Shown one piece after another: positions 51,389-61,726 of a DNA stretch of 64,000 bases; position 1 is the first letter of the stretch, and each line of letters opens with the position of its first letter. The notes under the pieces are model-generated. The model was given only the letters and a program-made list of their open reading frames with translations, was not told the DNA's origin and searched no databases. The translations under genes were made by a program, and so were the position numbers. Source of the DNA: Kiritimatiellia bacterium (GTDB lineage Bacteria; Verrucomicrobiota; Kiritimatiellia; RZYC01); the NCBI GenBank assembly GCA_028708815.1, contig JAQVYB010000001.1, positions 13,589-77,588 on the forward strand. Reading direction: 5' to 3'.

Positions 51389-51829
51389 TTAAGAGATTTT
51401 TTTGATCATACGCATACGGTTTCGTTCGTCGGGAAGCCTTTCGTAATCCACCGAATCCATGAGCGACATCATCAGGTAAAGTCCGGCGCCGCGTATGTTG
51501 TCTTCGTGCATCCAATGGTCGGGGAATTTGTTGCGGACCCGGTTGTTGAAATCGAAGGAGGGGCCGGAATCCACGATGTCCACAATGAAGTCTTTTCCGT
51601 CTGCCTGCACGAGTACCTCGACAGGCGGGTGCGGCGTAAGGTTTTCATAGCTGTGCTCAACAACGTTGGTGCAGGCTTCATCCACGGCCACTTCCACTCG
51701 ACCGACCTGCTCCTCGGAAAGGCCTGCTTCGCGGGCAATGGCTGTGACGACCATGCGAATCAGAGAGAGAGACTTTGGATCCCCCGGCACAATTAGCTCA
51801 TAGGGATCCATTTGCACATTGGTTTCCAT
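51389..51829 (-). CDS. Anti-sigma regulatory factor, serine-protein kinase (RsbW/SpoIIAB-like HATPase_c)
   Basis: 146 aa. AVDEACTNVVEHSY (N-box), DSGPSFD and GAGLYLM match the GHKL ATPase motifs. Confidence 0.8.
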   Translation of the reverse strand: METNVQMDPYELIVPGDPKSLSLIRMVVTAIAREAGLSEEQVGRVEVAVDEACTNVVEHSYENLTPHPPVEVLVQADGKDFIVDIVDSGPSFDFNNRVRNKFPDHWMHEDNIRGAGLYLMMSLMDSVDYERLPDERNRMRMIKKIS

Positions 51830-51851
51830 GGTCGCTCCCGGGATTGATGAG

Positions 51852-52280
51852 TTACTTTTCGACGATCAGTCGTTGGATTTCGTTGAAGGCTTCATCCCGG
51901 TTTTCGAACAGGCGAAACACGGGAATCAACCCGAGTATGTCCAGGATGTTATACATTTGAGAGCTGACGTTGCAGAGCGCAAAGTAGCGGTTTTTTGCAT
52001 GGCTGGTCTTGTTGTAGCAGGAGAGCAGCCCGAACACCTGACTGCTGGCGTACGAGAGGTTGGAGCAGTCCATCACCACATGGTTATCCGACTCATTGAA
52101 GAGCGGGTCCAGTTCGCTTTTAAAGCGGCGGAGATTGGAAGAATCCAGTGCGCCGCTGATGGTGACCACGGTGATGTCTCCCTGAACTTCCATGTTGATC
52201 TCAATTTTACGGTCGGACATGGTTGCAGAACCTTCCTGATTTTTGCCGGTTATGCCGGTCTGAATATGCGGGAACGACAC
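51852..52280 (-). CDS. STAS-domain anti-sigma-factor antagonist (SpoIIAA/RsbV-like)
   Basis: GDITVVTISGALDSSNLRRFKSELDPLF...VVMDCSNLSYASSQVFGLL, including a phosphorylatable Ser. Start may be an internal Met. Confidence 0.75.
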   Translation of the reverse strand: MSFPHIQTGITGKNQEGSATMSDRKIEINMEVQGDITVVTISGALDSSNLRRFKSELDPLFNESDNHVVMDCSNLSYASSQVFGLLSCYNKTSHAKNRYFALCNVSSQMYNILDILGLIPVFRLFENRDEAFNEIQRLIVEK

Positions 52281-52352
52281 AGTTACAACGAGAAAAAATA
52301 GTCGTTCCCAAGTGTTTTGTCTAGGAAAGATTAGGGATTATTCGGCAGTTCT

Positions 52353-52380
52353 TGAATTGAAACACAGCGTATTGTATTAT
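52353..52380 (+). promoter_or_regulatory. Sigma-70-type promoter TTGAAT-N16-TATTAT upstream of clpB
   Basis: -35 at 52353-52358, -10 at 52375-52380, about 55 bp upstream of the clpB ATG. No CIRCE element seen. Confidence 0.5.
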
Positions 52381-52433
52381 GCCGTCCGTTTTTGGACGTA
52401 TGAGTCATTTGATGAAATGGATGAGGTGAGGAT

Positions 52434-55079
52434 ATGCAACTGGACAGACTGACGATTAAAGCACAGGAAGCGGCACAGCAGGCGCGGCGTATGGCCGAAA
52501 CGCATGGCCACGGGGAAGTCGACGTGGAACACCTGGTGGGTGCGTTGGTTGAACAGGAGGAGGGGGTGGTCACACCGCTGCTGGCGCGGTTGGGCGTGGA
52601 TAAGAATCTTCTGCGTGAGCGCCTGGAGGCGGTGTTGGGCCGGCGTCCCCGCGTGGAAGGCGCTTCGGTGGAAATCCACATGTCGCGGCGGCTGAAAAAG
52701 CTTTTTGACGATGCCTTTGATCTGGCGGGAAAGATGAAGGATGAGTACGTCAGCACAGAGCATCTTTTTTTGGCTTCTTTGCAGCAGAGCGGAAGCGAGT
52801 GGAAAACAATAGCGGACGATTTGGACCTGACTTCCGATGCCGTCCTCAAGGCCTTGCAGGCGGTACGCGGGCGGCAGCGGGTCAGCGATCAGAATCCGGA
52901 GGATAAATACGAGGTAATGAAGAAGTATGGGGTGGACCTGACCGCAGCGGCCCGCAATGGTAAGTTGGACCCCGTCATCGGGCGGGACAATGAGATTCGC
53001 CGGGTGATTCAGGTGCTCTCGCGCCGCACCAAGAACAATCCCGTGCTGATTGGCGAGCCGGGGGTGGGGAAAACCGCCATAGCCGAAGGGTTGGCGCAGC
53101 GGATGGTGGCCGGCGATGTGCCTGAAGGGTTGAAGGATAAAAAAGTCATTTCACTGGATTTGGGTGCGATGCTGGCCGGTGCCAAGTTCCGAGGTGAATT
53201 CGAGGATCGCTTCAAGGCCTTTATGAAAGAGGTGATCGAGGCCGAGGGGGCGATAGTGCTGTTCATCGATGAGCTGCATACACTGGTGGGAGCGGGGGGT
53301 GCCGAAGGCGCGGTGGATGCCTCGAACATGATCAAACCCGCGCTCGCCCGAGGCGAATTGCGCTGCGTGGGCGCTACGACACTGGATGAATACAGGAAAT
53401 ACATCGAAAAAGACGCCGCGCTTGAGCGCCGCTTTCAGCCGGTGATGGTGGACGAGCCGTCGGTGGAGGATACCATTGCCATTTTGCGTGGTTTGCGCGA
53501 ACGGTATGAGGTGCATCACGGGGTGCGCATTCAGGATGCCGCGCTGGTGGCCGCCGCCAACCTTTCGGCACGGTACATCAGTGACCGCTTTCTGCCGGAT
53601 AAGGCCATCGACCTGGTGGACGAGGCGGCCAGCCGCCTGCGCATGGAAATCGACAGCCTGCCCACCGAAATTGATGAAGTCGATCGGCGTATCATGCAGC
53701 TTGAAATCGAGCGCCAGGCCTTGCGACTCGAAAAAGACGAGCCCTCGAAGGAGCGTTTGCAGAAGATTGAGGAGAATCTCGGGCATCTGCGCGAGGATAG
53801 CGCCCGCATGAAGCTGCACTGGACCAAGGAAAAGGAACTCATCGCCGAAATACGCGGTCTCACCCAGGCACTGGAACTGCTCCGTGGGGAAGAGGAAGCC
53901 GCCAAGCGCGACAACAATCTCGAGCGGGCCGCAGAAATCATGTATGACCGCATCCCGAAAACGGAAAAACAGGTCAAGGCCGCCCAGGCCCGCCTGAATG
54001 AACTGCAAAAAAATCTGAAGATGCTTAAAGAGGAAGTGGATGATGAAGACATCGCCCAGGTGGTGGCCTTCTGGACGCATATTCCGATCAGCCGTCTGCT
54101 CGAGAGTGAAAAAAGCAAGCTGCTGCAGATGGAAGATCGTCTACGCGAGCGGGTGATTGGGCAGGAGGAGGCGATTTCCGCCGTATCCAATGCGGTGCGT
54201 CGGTCCCGTTCGGGCTTGCAGGATCCGAACCGCCCGATCGGGTCGTTTGTTTTCATGGGGCCGACCGGGGTTGGTAAAACGGAACTGGCTCGTGCCCTGG
54301 CGGAATTTCTCTTCGATGATGAGCACGCGATGCTCCGGGTGGATATGTCGGAATTCATGGAGAAGCACAGCGTGAGCCGGTTGATCGGCGCGCCGCCGGG
54401 CTATGTGGGCTACGACGAGGGCGGCTACCTCTCCGAGCATGTGCGCCGCAAGCCGTATTCCGTCGTGCTCTTCGATGAAATCGAGAAGGCCCATCCGGAT
54501 GTCTTCAACATCATGCTTCAGATTCTGGATGACGGACGCCTCACCGATGGGCACGGGCGGACGGTGGATTTTACCAACACCATGTTGATTCTGACCTCGA
54601 ACATCGGCAGTTCCATCATTCACGAGACGCTTGAGTTGTATCCTCGTTTGCAGCGTGCCGATCCGGAATACCGGGAGATGGAGCGAAAGGTGCAGGAGGC
54701 CCTGCGGGCGAATTTCCGTCCGGAATTTCTAAATCGGATTGATGAGATCATCATCTTCCACAGCCTGACGCGCGAGCAGTTGACCCGTATTGTGGATATC
54801 CAGATCAAGCGGGTGCAGGGCTACCTGGCGCCGCAGCATATTCAGCTCACGCTGAGCGATGAGGCGCGGAAATTTCTGGCCGAAGAGGGATATGATCCGG
54901 CCTTTGGGGCCCGCCCGCTGAAGCGGGTGATTCAGCGGCGGATTCTGGATCGGTTGGCGGAGGAGATTCTGCGCGGAACGGTTCAGCCCGGTTCAAACCT
55001 GACGGTTTCGGTGGGTGAAGAACGAGGCGGAAAGGTGATTGAGTTTGTGCCGGAAGACGATGGGAAGAGAGCAAAGTAA
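52434..55079 (+). CDS. clpB: Chaperone ClpB (Hsp104-type disaggregase)
   Basis: Two AAA+ modules ([15 protein letters not shown]; [15 protein letters not shown]), a long coiled-coil M-domain, 881 aa. Confidence 0.95.
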   Translation: MQLDRLTIKAQEAAQQARRMAETHGHGEVDVEHLVGALVEQEEGVVTPLLARLGVDKNLLRERLEAVLGRRPRVEGASVEIHMSRRLKKLFDDAFDLAGKMKDEYVSTEHLFLASLQQSGSEWKTIADDLDLTSDAVLKALQAVRGRQRVSDQNPEDKYEVMKKYGVDLTAAARNGKLDPVIGRDNEIRRVIQVLSRRTKNNPVLIGEPGVGKTAIAEGLAQRMVAGDVPEGLKDKKVISLDLGAMLAGAKFRGEFEDRFKAFMKEVIEAEGAIVLFIDELHTLVGAGGAEGAVDASNMIKPALARGELRCVGATTLDEYRKYIEKDAALERRFQPVMVDEPSVEDTIAILRGLRERYEVHHGVRIQDAALVAAANLSARYISDRFLPDKAIDLVDEAASRLRMEIDSLPTEIDEVDRRIMQLEIERQALRLEKDEPSKERLQKIEENLGHLREDSARMKLHWTKEKELIAEIRGLTQALELLRGEEEAAKRDNNLERAAEIMYDRIPKTEKQVKAAQARLNELQKNLKMLKEEVDDEDIAQVVAFWTHIPISRLLESEKSKLLQMEDRLRERVIGQEEAISAVSNAVRRSRSGLQDPNRPIGSFVFMGPTGVGKTELARALAEFLFDDEHAMLRVDMSEFMEKHSVSRLIGAPPGYVGYDEGGYLSEHVRRKPYSVVLFDEIEKAHPDVFNIMLQILDDGRLTDGHGRTVDFTNTMLILTSNIGSSIIHETLELYPRLQRADPEYREMERKVQEALRANFRPEFLNRIDEIIIFHSLTREQLTRIVDIQIKRVQGYLAPQHIQLTLSDEARKFLAEEGYDPAFGARPLKRVIQRRILDRLAEEILRGTVQPGSNLTVSVGEERGGKVIEFVPEDDGKRAK

Positions 55080-55277
55080 ACCCGCAGGCGGTCGGTCGAA
55101 TAAACAAAGTGTTGAAAAGCGTTGATTCCGCGGGAGCCGGTTTCGTTAAATAGACGATGTTCAAAACAGGCGGACGGATCAAGGAGTGAAGGCGTATGGA
55201 ATCGATTTTGTCGGGTCTGATGATTATCGGTATTTTTTTTATGGTGTGGTACATTACACGAGGCATGTAGGGAAAGG

Positions 55278-55460
55278 GTGTTTATGAGCAAAAAGATGAT
55301 ATGGGCGCTGTTGATGCTGGCGCTGGTGGTGATTGTGGTGGTGCTGAGTCGCGGGAACACCGAGGTGAACCTGCTGTTCACAAAAGTAAGCGGAATGAAA
55401 TCGTTAATTTTTCTGGCCTTCACGGCCTGGGGCGTGGTGATCGGCCTGTTGCTGAAGTAA
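55278..55460 (+). CDS. Small membrane protein (LapA/DUF1049-like, 60 aa)
   Basis: Two hydrophobic helices MIWALLMLALVVIVVVL and LIFLAFTAWGVVIGLLL. Confidence 0.4.
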   Translation: MFMSKKMIWALLMLALVVIVVVLSRGNTEVNLLFTKVSGMKSLIFLAFTAWGVVIGLLLK

Positions 55461-55464
55461 GCGC

Positions 55465-56043
55465 ATGACTTTCGACGCCTCCATAGAGCACTTGGCCGAT
55501 TGGATTGATGAGGCCGCTTCGATTGTCGTATTAACCGGGGCGGGCATTTCCGTGCCCTCCGGCATCCCTGATTTTCGATCTGCGGGTGGACTCTACTCCC
55601 TGGAGCAGAATCGCAATGTCTTTGATTTGGATGCCTTTCGTGAAGACCCGACGTGGTATTATCGCTTTGCCAGGGAGTTTTATCCGTTGGTGTGGTCGGC
55701 TGTTCCCAATATCGCTCACCGCATGACGGCGGGCTGGGAACGCGGCGGGCGCAAGGTGGAAGTAGTGACCCAGAACGTGGATGATTTGCATCAGCGTGCC
55801 GGTTCTTCGAGCGTGTATCCGTTGCACGGGGATATGATGCAGAGCACCTGCCTGCGTTGTGGTCGGCAAACAGAGGCGATGTCCCTGAATGAAGTCATCC
55901 GCCGCGGCGAAGTGCCGCATTGTACGTGCGGTGGCGTTTATAAACCGAATATCACTTTTTTCGGGCGATTTGATTCGTGTCTTCGAGGCCTTACGGGACC
56001 AGGCCGGGATTCAAGCTTAACCAGCAACAGGGAAATGCAATGA
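55465..56043 (+). pseudogene. Sir2-family NAD-dependent deacylase (CobB-like), 3'-truncated and frameshifted after the Zn-ribbon
   Basis: N-terminus IVVLTGAGISVPSGIPDFRSAGGLYS, QNVDDLHQRAG, HG and zinc CxxC...CxC are intact through ...KPNITFFG. Sir2-like sequence then continues in another frame (DLIRVFEALRDQAGIQA) and stops at about 56030. The C-terminal Rossmann half is absent. Confidence 0.5.
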
Positions 56044-57236
56044 GTAGAGAAAACAACGATGGATGGATCAGCCAAGGGGTGAAATTGATCGACTCGGAGT
56101 CGGTGTATATTGATCCGGCTGTTCCGGCGGGGCATATTGCGGAGGGCGTGACGATTTATCCCGGATGCCGGATTATGGGGGAGAAGACGGCGATTGGGCC
56201 GGGTTGCGTGATTGGACGCGAAGCGCCCGCCACGGTGCTGAACTGTCAGTTGGCCTCCAAGGTGGATCTGGCGGGCGGGTATTTTGAAGAGTCGGTGTTT
56301 TTGTCGAAGGCCTCGGCGGGGAGTGGTGCGCATATTCGTCCGGGCTGTCTGCTCGAAGAAGAGGCGGGCGTGGCGCACAGCGTGGGCTTGAAGCAGACCG
56401 TGTTTCTGCCCTGCGTGACAGCGGGAAGCCTGATCAATTTCTGCGATGCACTGATGGCGGGCGGTCGGAACCGAAAAGAACACAGTGAAATCGGATCATC
56501 GTATATTCATTTTAATTTTACGCCGCATGGAGACAAGGCCACGCCGTCGCTGATCGGTGATGTGCCGCGTGGCGTGCTGATGGATAATGATCCCGTATTT
56601 CTGGGCGGGCAGGGCGGCTTGGCCGGGCCGTGCCGTGTGGCGTTCGGCACCGTGATTCCGGCGGGCTCGGTGCTGCGCAGTGATGTGCTGCAACCGGGTA
56701 TGCTGCATCTTCCTGCCGCGTCGTCGCCCAAAACGGAGTGTTACGATATGCGTGTGTATAAACGGATTCGGCGGGTGGCGCAGAACAATCTGCATTATAT
56801 CGGCAACATATACGCGCTGCGGGAGTGGTATCGGAACGTGCGGTCGCGCATGATGACCGAGACCGTGGCGGACCGGGCGTGCTGCACCGGCGCCATTCGC
56901 GTGCTGAACCTGATTCTGGATGAACGGATGAAACGCCTGAAACAGTGGACCGAAAAACTGGGCGTATCGTATGAGTTGATTCAGGAGAATGCCGCTCTGC
57001 GCGAGTGCGCGGAAGAGCAGGTGGAGTGGATTCGGCAATGGCCCGAGCGCGAGACGTTGCTGAAGACGCTCTTGGGGCAGGAGGCCGATGCGACCGGCAT
57101 CGCGGAGATTGCCACCTCGGCCGCAAATCATGCAAAGGATGGTTTTCTGACCTGGGTGAAGGGCCTGGACGATGCGCAGAAAACGATCATTCGCGCCTGG
57201 TTGGATGAACTGGTTTTGCGTTTTTATGTACGGTGA
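56040..57236 (+). CDS. Left-handed beta-helix (hexapeptide-repeat) domain protein with C-terminal helical domain, function unknown
   Basis: Repeating [LIV]-G-x-x-x-x-I hexapeptide pattern (GVTIYPGCRIMGEKTAIGPGCVIGREA...). Start at MSRENN; ORF-track start is 55977. Confidence 0.55.
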   Translation: MSRENNDGWISQGVKLIDSESVYIDPAVPAGHIAEGVTIYPGCRIMGEKTAIGPGCVIGREAPATVLNCQLASKVDLAGGYFEESVFLSKASAGSGAHIRPGCLLEEEAGVAHSVGLKQTVFLPCVTAGSLINFCDALMAGGRNRKEHSEIGSSYIHFNFTPHGDKATPSLIGDVPRGVLMDNDPVFLGGQGGLAGPCRVAFGTVIPAGSVLRSDVLQPGMLHLPAASSPKTECYDMRVYKRIRRVAQNNLHYIGNIYALREWYRNVRSRMMTETVADRACCTGAIRVLNLILDERMKRLKQWTEKLGVSYELIQENAALRECAEEQVEWIRQWPERETLLKTLLGQEADATGIAEIATSAANHAKDGFLTWVKGLDDAQKTIIRAWLDELVLRFYVR

Positions 57237-57248
57237 ATGTTGCCGGGG

Positions 57249-57860
57249 TTATTCGTACATCCGCAGCTTCTTCATGGTTTCAATGGTGTCGGGATATAAC
57301 TCGCCCAGCGCGGGTCCGTTGGTCATGGAGATGTCGTCCAGATGAAACCCGTGGGCGCAGAAAACGCCGTAGAGTCCCCAGGCATCGGGGGAGTCGTCGG
57401 CCATGCGGAAGCCCATCCAGGTGTTTGCCGGGATGATGATCTGCGGTTGTTGGCCCAGGCGCGGGTCGGGACCGAGGACGAAGGTTTTGAAGGAACCATC
57501 GGGATAAATGAGCATTTGATTCATGGGTGCGCCGGCATGGTAGGCGAGCAATTCGTCACAGGTGATTTTGTGCCAGGGATCAAAGAGGCCGCCGGACATG
57601 AGATAATAGATGCTGCTGGCGGCGGCGCGGGGTTTATCGATGTCAGCCTTCACGTTGCATTCATAGAGTTCTTTGTAGTAACCGATGCAGGCGCCGTCGT
57701 TCATGGGGATCAGCCCAAGGCCGTCGATGATTTCCTGTCGGGTTGGCGCGGGTGTCGGTTCTGATGCGCAACAGGCGGCATGAAGGGGCTCGGCCGTCAC
57801 CAAGACGTTAAATATAAACAGAGCGGCTCCGGTTGTTATGAATCGTGTTGAGTTCTTCAT
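57249..57860 (-). CDS. Secreted cupin-like protein, hypothetical
   Basis: Signal peptide MKNSTRFITTGAALFIFNVLVTAEPLHA. Polypyrimidine Shine-Dalgarno GGAGGAGGAGGAGG upstream. Confidence 0.5.
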   Translation of the reverse strand: MKNSTRFITTGAALFIFNVLVTAEPLHAACCASEPTPAPTRQEIIDGLGLIPMNDGACIGYYKELYECNVKADIDKPRAAASSIYYLMSGGLFDPWHKITCDELLAYHAGAPMNQMLIYPDGSFKTFVLGPDPRLGQQPQIIIPANTWMGFRMADDSPDAWGLYGVFCAHGFHLDDISMTNGPALGELYPDTIETMKKLRMYE

Positions 57861-58148
57861 GGTTGTTCCTCCTCCTCCTCCTCCTTCTTTATGCAGTGTG
57901 AACGATACAGTCAGTACCTTAAAACTTCACTTCCTGCAAAAAAATATAAAGGAGAATTTCATGCATTAAAACAATGAATATTCATCACGGCACGGGCTTT
58001 AGGCGCGTGTGATTCGGCCCTGAAGGGCCGCCAATGTTTCCAAAATCGCGCCGGCGATTTTCACTAAAGCGGGCTGGAACCCGCCGATAACTCACTCCCC
58101 AATGCGGAAAATATCCATACACGTTAACTGGGTTGCGGGGCACCCGCT

Positions 58149-60692
58149 TTAGATCGGCTGTCCCTGTTTGTCGATGTGGATGTCGAGGGCGTGAATGATG
58201 GGTTTTGCTTTCGGCTGTGTGGTTCGGCAGGGCAGGGCGGCCATCTGCATGAGTTCGCACATGACGCCGTCGATCACTTCGCCGGGAACGCCGTAGAAAA
58301 GGAAATTCACGGGCATGCCATCGGCGATAAGGATGATTTCGCGCTGATCGGATTCGGCGGATTTTGAATGGAACGTGAAACGGATACGCGTTCCGAGATT
58401 CATGTGCGTCAGCGGGTCGCGCAGGTCGTAGGTATGCAGATCGACATCGCGTCCGCCGATGGTGGGCGTCGAGGCATCTCGGAGTTCCTGAATCCAGCGG
58501 GAGATATCCGAGAATTCGGCTGTTTTGGTTGAGCCGCTGGCCAGATAAATTCTTTTTTTGCGTCCGTGCAGCAGGAGGCGCTCCATATGCCCGGCTTGTA
58601 ATACGGAGACGCCTGTGATGCCCAGAAACACGTCCAGTTCCAGAAAAATATCGTCGGGGATATCGTCCAGCCGCACATATTCCGGAGCATTGCAGAGGAT
58701 GGCGCTGGATTCGGGCGAGGCCTGGAGGTCGGTGCCGATGGCGTGGTTGTCCGGCAGGCGCTGTGCAAAGAGGGAAAGCAGAAAGCGTCCGATGTTGCCG
58801 CGCGAGCCGATCACGGCGCCGTGCCGGTTGAAGAGACAATCCCCCAGGCCGTTCATCACCAGTTCGGTGGTCATCAGCAGCGAGAGTGCGCAGGCTCGGG
58901 CTTCTTCCACGTTCTTGCAGATGGATAGGGCGATGGTATAGGCCGGGAAATGAAGGCGACCGAAGGCCTGCTGCACCTCGAGCAGTTGGTCGTATCCGTT
59001 GCGCGTGTGTTCCACCGTGGCGTGGACAACCCCGGCCAGCCAGTCGGACAGTGGGACCTTGGTCGGGTCGGGTTCCGAGGGGTCTTTCCAGGTCTCGGGC
59101 GCGATATGGAAGTGGCTCATAAAATCGGCGACCGTTCTGTTTTCCAGGCAGAATTGATTCATCAGCGGCGCGAGGTAGCCGCCATCTTCAATGAGCAGGA
59201 CCTGGCCGTCGCGCTCTTTGGCCCGGATGACTTCCTGAAAGAAAATGTGCGCCGTAGCCAGTCGCATAGCGGGTGTATATTCCACCGGTTGGCTGTGCAG
59301 GTGTTCGTCCAGATGTTCCAATCCGGTGGTTGGGGAAAACTGATGCGACAGCACATACATGCCGCACAACAGGTCGTCGGAATCCATTTGCTGCAACGCA
59401 TGAAAGGAGAACCGCTCTTCCGGCAGGGCCAGCAGCGCCTCCACGAAGGAGTCCGGCACAATGCCTTTGTAGCGGATGAAGAGCGTGTGCAGCGCAGCGC
59501 AGCCTGTTTCGCTCAGCGCCTGAATGAGACCCAGTACTTCCGAGGTGAGGTGATGCACGAGCACAACGGATGTTTTGGCAAACAGGTCGTGGTTTTGCTC
59601 TGCGAATGCGTGCAGGGCGGGCATGCGTTCGAGATGGGTTTTCAGCGAGGGAATTTCCCGTCGTTCATCCAGATTGATGTTCAGGCAGGTGTTGCGGCGG
59701 GAAAGGTCCAGAAAGGCCCGCCGTCCACCGGAAATCACTTCAATGACCCGGTGTTCATTCAGGATGGCGGCGGCACTGGTGTTTTCGAGCAAGAGGAGGG
59801 CGCGCCCGATCAGTTCGATGATATCGCGCTGCTGTCCGAGCAGGAACGGCACCATCCGGGTGGAATCCCAACGGAAGCGGAGCGTGTTCACAGCGTCCAG
59901 TCCGTTGCCGGCCAGCATGTCAAAGAGGGCAGACTGGCGTCCGGGCACTTCGACATATTCTTCCCGCTGATTCTGGCATTCATGATGGATGGCCGTGGCG
60001 ATGATGGAGGCGAGGGCATCCACATCCTGGAGCAGCAGGTGGTCGCCGCAAGCCTCCGAGGCCCGGTGCGGGATGCGCTTCAGGTTCAGGCGCGGTTTCC
60101 AGGTGTGGTCCAGCGTCAGGCGGATGAAACGGTTTTCGCGTTCGTATTCAAACAGGATTTCAAAGCCGGTTTCCACGGGTTCGCGCGGGAAGGTAAAGAG
60201 CCAGGAGGAGGCGGTCTCTGTCTGTATTTCAGCGGATTTATCGCCCGACTGTCGTTCCTTCCAGAGGTGCTGCACGGCGCTGAATACGCGCAGGAGGCAT
60301 TGATAAAAGAAATCGCGGTCGTCGGTCAGCAGGCGAGCCGGTTCATAGAGTGCAGAGAGCGAGACGTAGCGGATATCCATCTCGGCCAGCTCGGGGGTCA
60401 GGAGTTCATCGACCGGTTGGTGAATGAGGAGGTCGGTGTCTGAGGTTCGTATTTGTTCAAAGAATTGATTGGCCAGCGTTTGGACAAACTGCGGAATGCC
60501 TTTGAAGACCGTACAGGTGGAGAGGTCGATTTGATAATGTCCGTCCTCCTGCATGAGCAGGGAACTGCCCAGAAAGGTCGGGCGGGCGTTGGGTGTGGTA
60601 ACGCGTGGTCTGGCTTCAAAGCGTTCCGCCGTACGCAGGCGGCTCAGAATGCCATTGATGTTTTTCTTTGCCGGGTGTTGTTGATTATTCAT
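58149..60692 (-). CDS. Large (847 aa) cytoplasmic protein of unknown function, third gene of a MinD-like/HAMP operon
   Basis: Long ORF with no recognisable motifs. Overlaps the upstream HAMP gene stop by 8 nt, implying translational coupling. Confidence 0.6.
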   Translation of the reverse strand: MNNQQHPAKKNINGILSRLRTAERFEARPRVTTPNARPTFLGSSLLMQEDGHYQIDLSTCTVFKGIPQFVQTLANQFFEQIRTSDTDLLIHQPVDELLTPELAEMDIRYVSLSALYEPARLLTDDRDFFYQCLLRVFSAVQHLWKERQSGDKSAEIQTETASSWLFTFPREPVETGFEILFEYERENRFIRLTLDHTWKPRLNLKRIPHRASEACGDHLLLQDVDALASIIATAIHHECQNQREEYVEVPGRQSALFDMLAGNGLDAVNTLRFRWDSTRMVPFLLGQQRDIIELIGRALLLLENTSAAAILNEHRVIEVISGGRRAFLDLSRRNTCLNINLDERREIPSLKTHLERMPALHAFAEQNHDLFAKTSVVLVHHLTSEVLGLIQALSETGCAALHTLFIRYKGIVPDSFVEALLALPEERFSFHALQQMDSDDLLCGMYVLSHQFSPTTGLEHLDEHLHSQPVEYTPAMRLATAHIFFQEVIRAKERDGQVLLIEDGGYLAPLMNQFCLENRTVADFMSHFHIAPETWKDPSEPDPTKVPLSDWLAGVVHATVEHTRNGYDQLLEVQQAFGRLHFPAYTIALSICKNVEEARACALSLLMTTELVMNGLGDCLFNRHGAVIGSRGNIGRFLLSLFAQRLPDNHAIGTDLQASPESSAILCNAPEYVRLDDIPDDIFLELDVFLGITGVSVLQAGHMERLLLHGRKKRIYLASGSTKTAEFSDISRWIQELRDASTPTIGGRDVDLHTYDLRDPLTHMNLGTRIRFTFHSKSAESDQREIILIADGMPVNFLFYGVPGEVIDGVMCELMQMAALPCRTTQPKAKPIIHALDIHIDKQGQPI

Positions 60693-61722
60693 TTTCCAAT
60701 CGCAGTTGAGAGGCTTTGGATTTCAGGGTTTTAAAATAGTCGGTTCCGGTGATGCGTGCGACTTCTTTCTGCTGTTTCACCTTGTTGATCTCGATGTGCA
60801 GTTCCTGCACCTGCGATTGCAGCAGGCGTTCGCGTTCGTGAACTTTGGCCGCCATGCATTGGAAGGCGGAGGCCAGTTGTCCGAGTTCGTCGGGTCGCGT
60901 GCAAAGGGAGTCGAGTCCGGTAATCGCCTGATAGTCGCCCGCCGCCACTTGATCGGAAACCTGAGTGAGGTGAATGATGGGGGCGGTGAGCCGTTTAATG
61001 AAAAAGGACGCGGCGATGAAGCCAATCACAATCACCAGCAGGGCCATAATCCCGATCACATACAAATCATTCGCCGCCACCGAAGAGAGCGCATTCCGTC
61101 CCCAGACCGTAACCATCGCCGCCGCATACGTGCCCAGTACGGCCAGACTGGTGAGGTAGGTCGAAAGCAGAAACGTACCGGTGGGGATGGACGGCTTCAG
61201 CAAGCCGAACAGCAGCATAAAAAAGGGAATCAGAATCACGGCAAAGAGCGCATCGGTGATAAATATGGGCAAAAAAAGCTGAAAAAAGGCTGCTTTCAGC
61301 GGGAGATGCCCGTACAGCACCTCCATGCCCGACGAAAACAGAAAGGGGAGCAGCGCCGCGAGAATCAGGAGGAAATACACTTTTTGCATGGCGCGAAGAT
61401 TCGTGACCACGCGCGCGCCGGGGCCCCCGGCCAAGCCCGGAATGAGGCCCATGAGTCCATTGGCCAACGCCCAGTACCAGAGCGGTATCGGATTCTTCGC
61501 CGCCAGCACATAGCCCAGACTGTCGCCTGCGGCCCCGGTAACAAAGCCCGCGAGCGGTCCGAAATACAGCCCCAGGAACATGGGAATGCAGACCTGTGGA
61601 CGCAATTCGGCGAACGAGCAGCCGGGCAGAAAGTGGATGCCGGAGAGATAATTCATCACGCCATACAGGGCCACCCCGACAAAACAGCAGAAATAAACTG
61701 AAGCGGAGGCGTGACGTTTCAT
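60685..61722 (-). CDS. Polytopic membrane protein (ECF-transporter S-component-like helical bundle) with C-terminal HAMP domain and coiled coil
   Basis: At least 6 TM helices in the first 240 aa. HAMP-like segment FFIKRLTAPIIHLTQVSDQVAAGDYQAI...ELGQLASAFQCMAAKV, then a coiled coil. Confidence 0.65.
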   Translation of the reverse strand: MKRHASASVYFCCFVGVALYGVMNYLSGIHFLPGCSFAELRPQVCIPMFLGLYFGPLAGFVTGAAGDSLGYVLAAKNPIPLWYWALANGLMGLIPGLAGGPGARVVTNLRAMQKVYFLLILAALLPFLFSSGMEVLYGHLPLKAAFFQLFLPIFITDALFAVILIPFFMLLFGLLKPSIPTGTFLLSTYLTSLAVLGTYAAAMVTVWGRNALSSVAANDLYVIGIMALLVIVIGFIAASFFIKRLTAPIIHLTQVSDQVAAGDYQAITGLDSLCTRPDELGQLASAFQCMAAKVHERERLLQSQVQELHIEINKVKQQKEVARITGTDYFKTLKSKASQLRLENE

Positions 61723-61726
61723 GGAC

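Noticed and set aside
52281-52433. CIRCE (TTAGCACTC-N9-GAGTGCTAA) or sigma-32 heat-shock promoter upstream of clpB
   Set aside because: No CIRCE inverted repeat is present. The region fits a sigma-70-like TTGAAT-N16-TATTAT better than the sigma-32 consensus CTTGAAA/CCCCATNT.
58950-60443. 497-aa plus-strand ORF
   Set aside because: Antisense to the 847-aa minus-strand gene, which is translationally coupled to its upstream operon partners. Plus-strand product is low-complexity.
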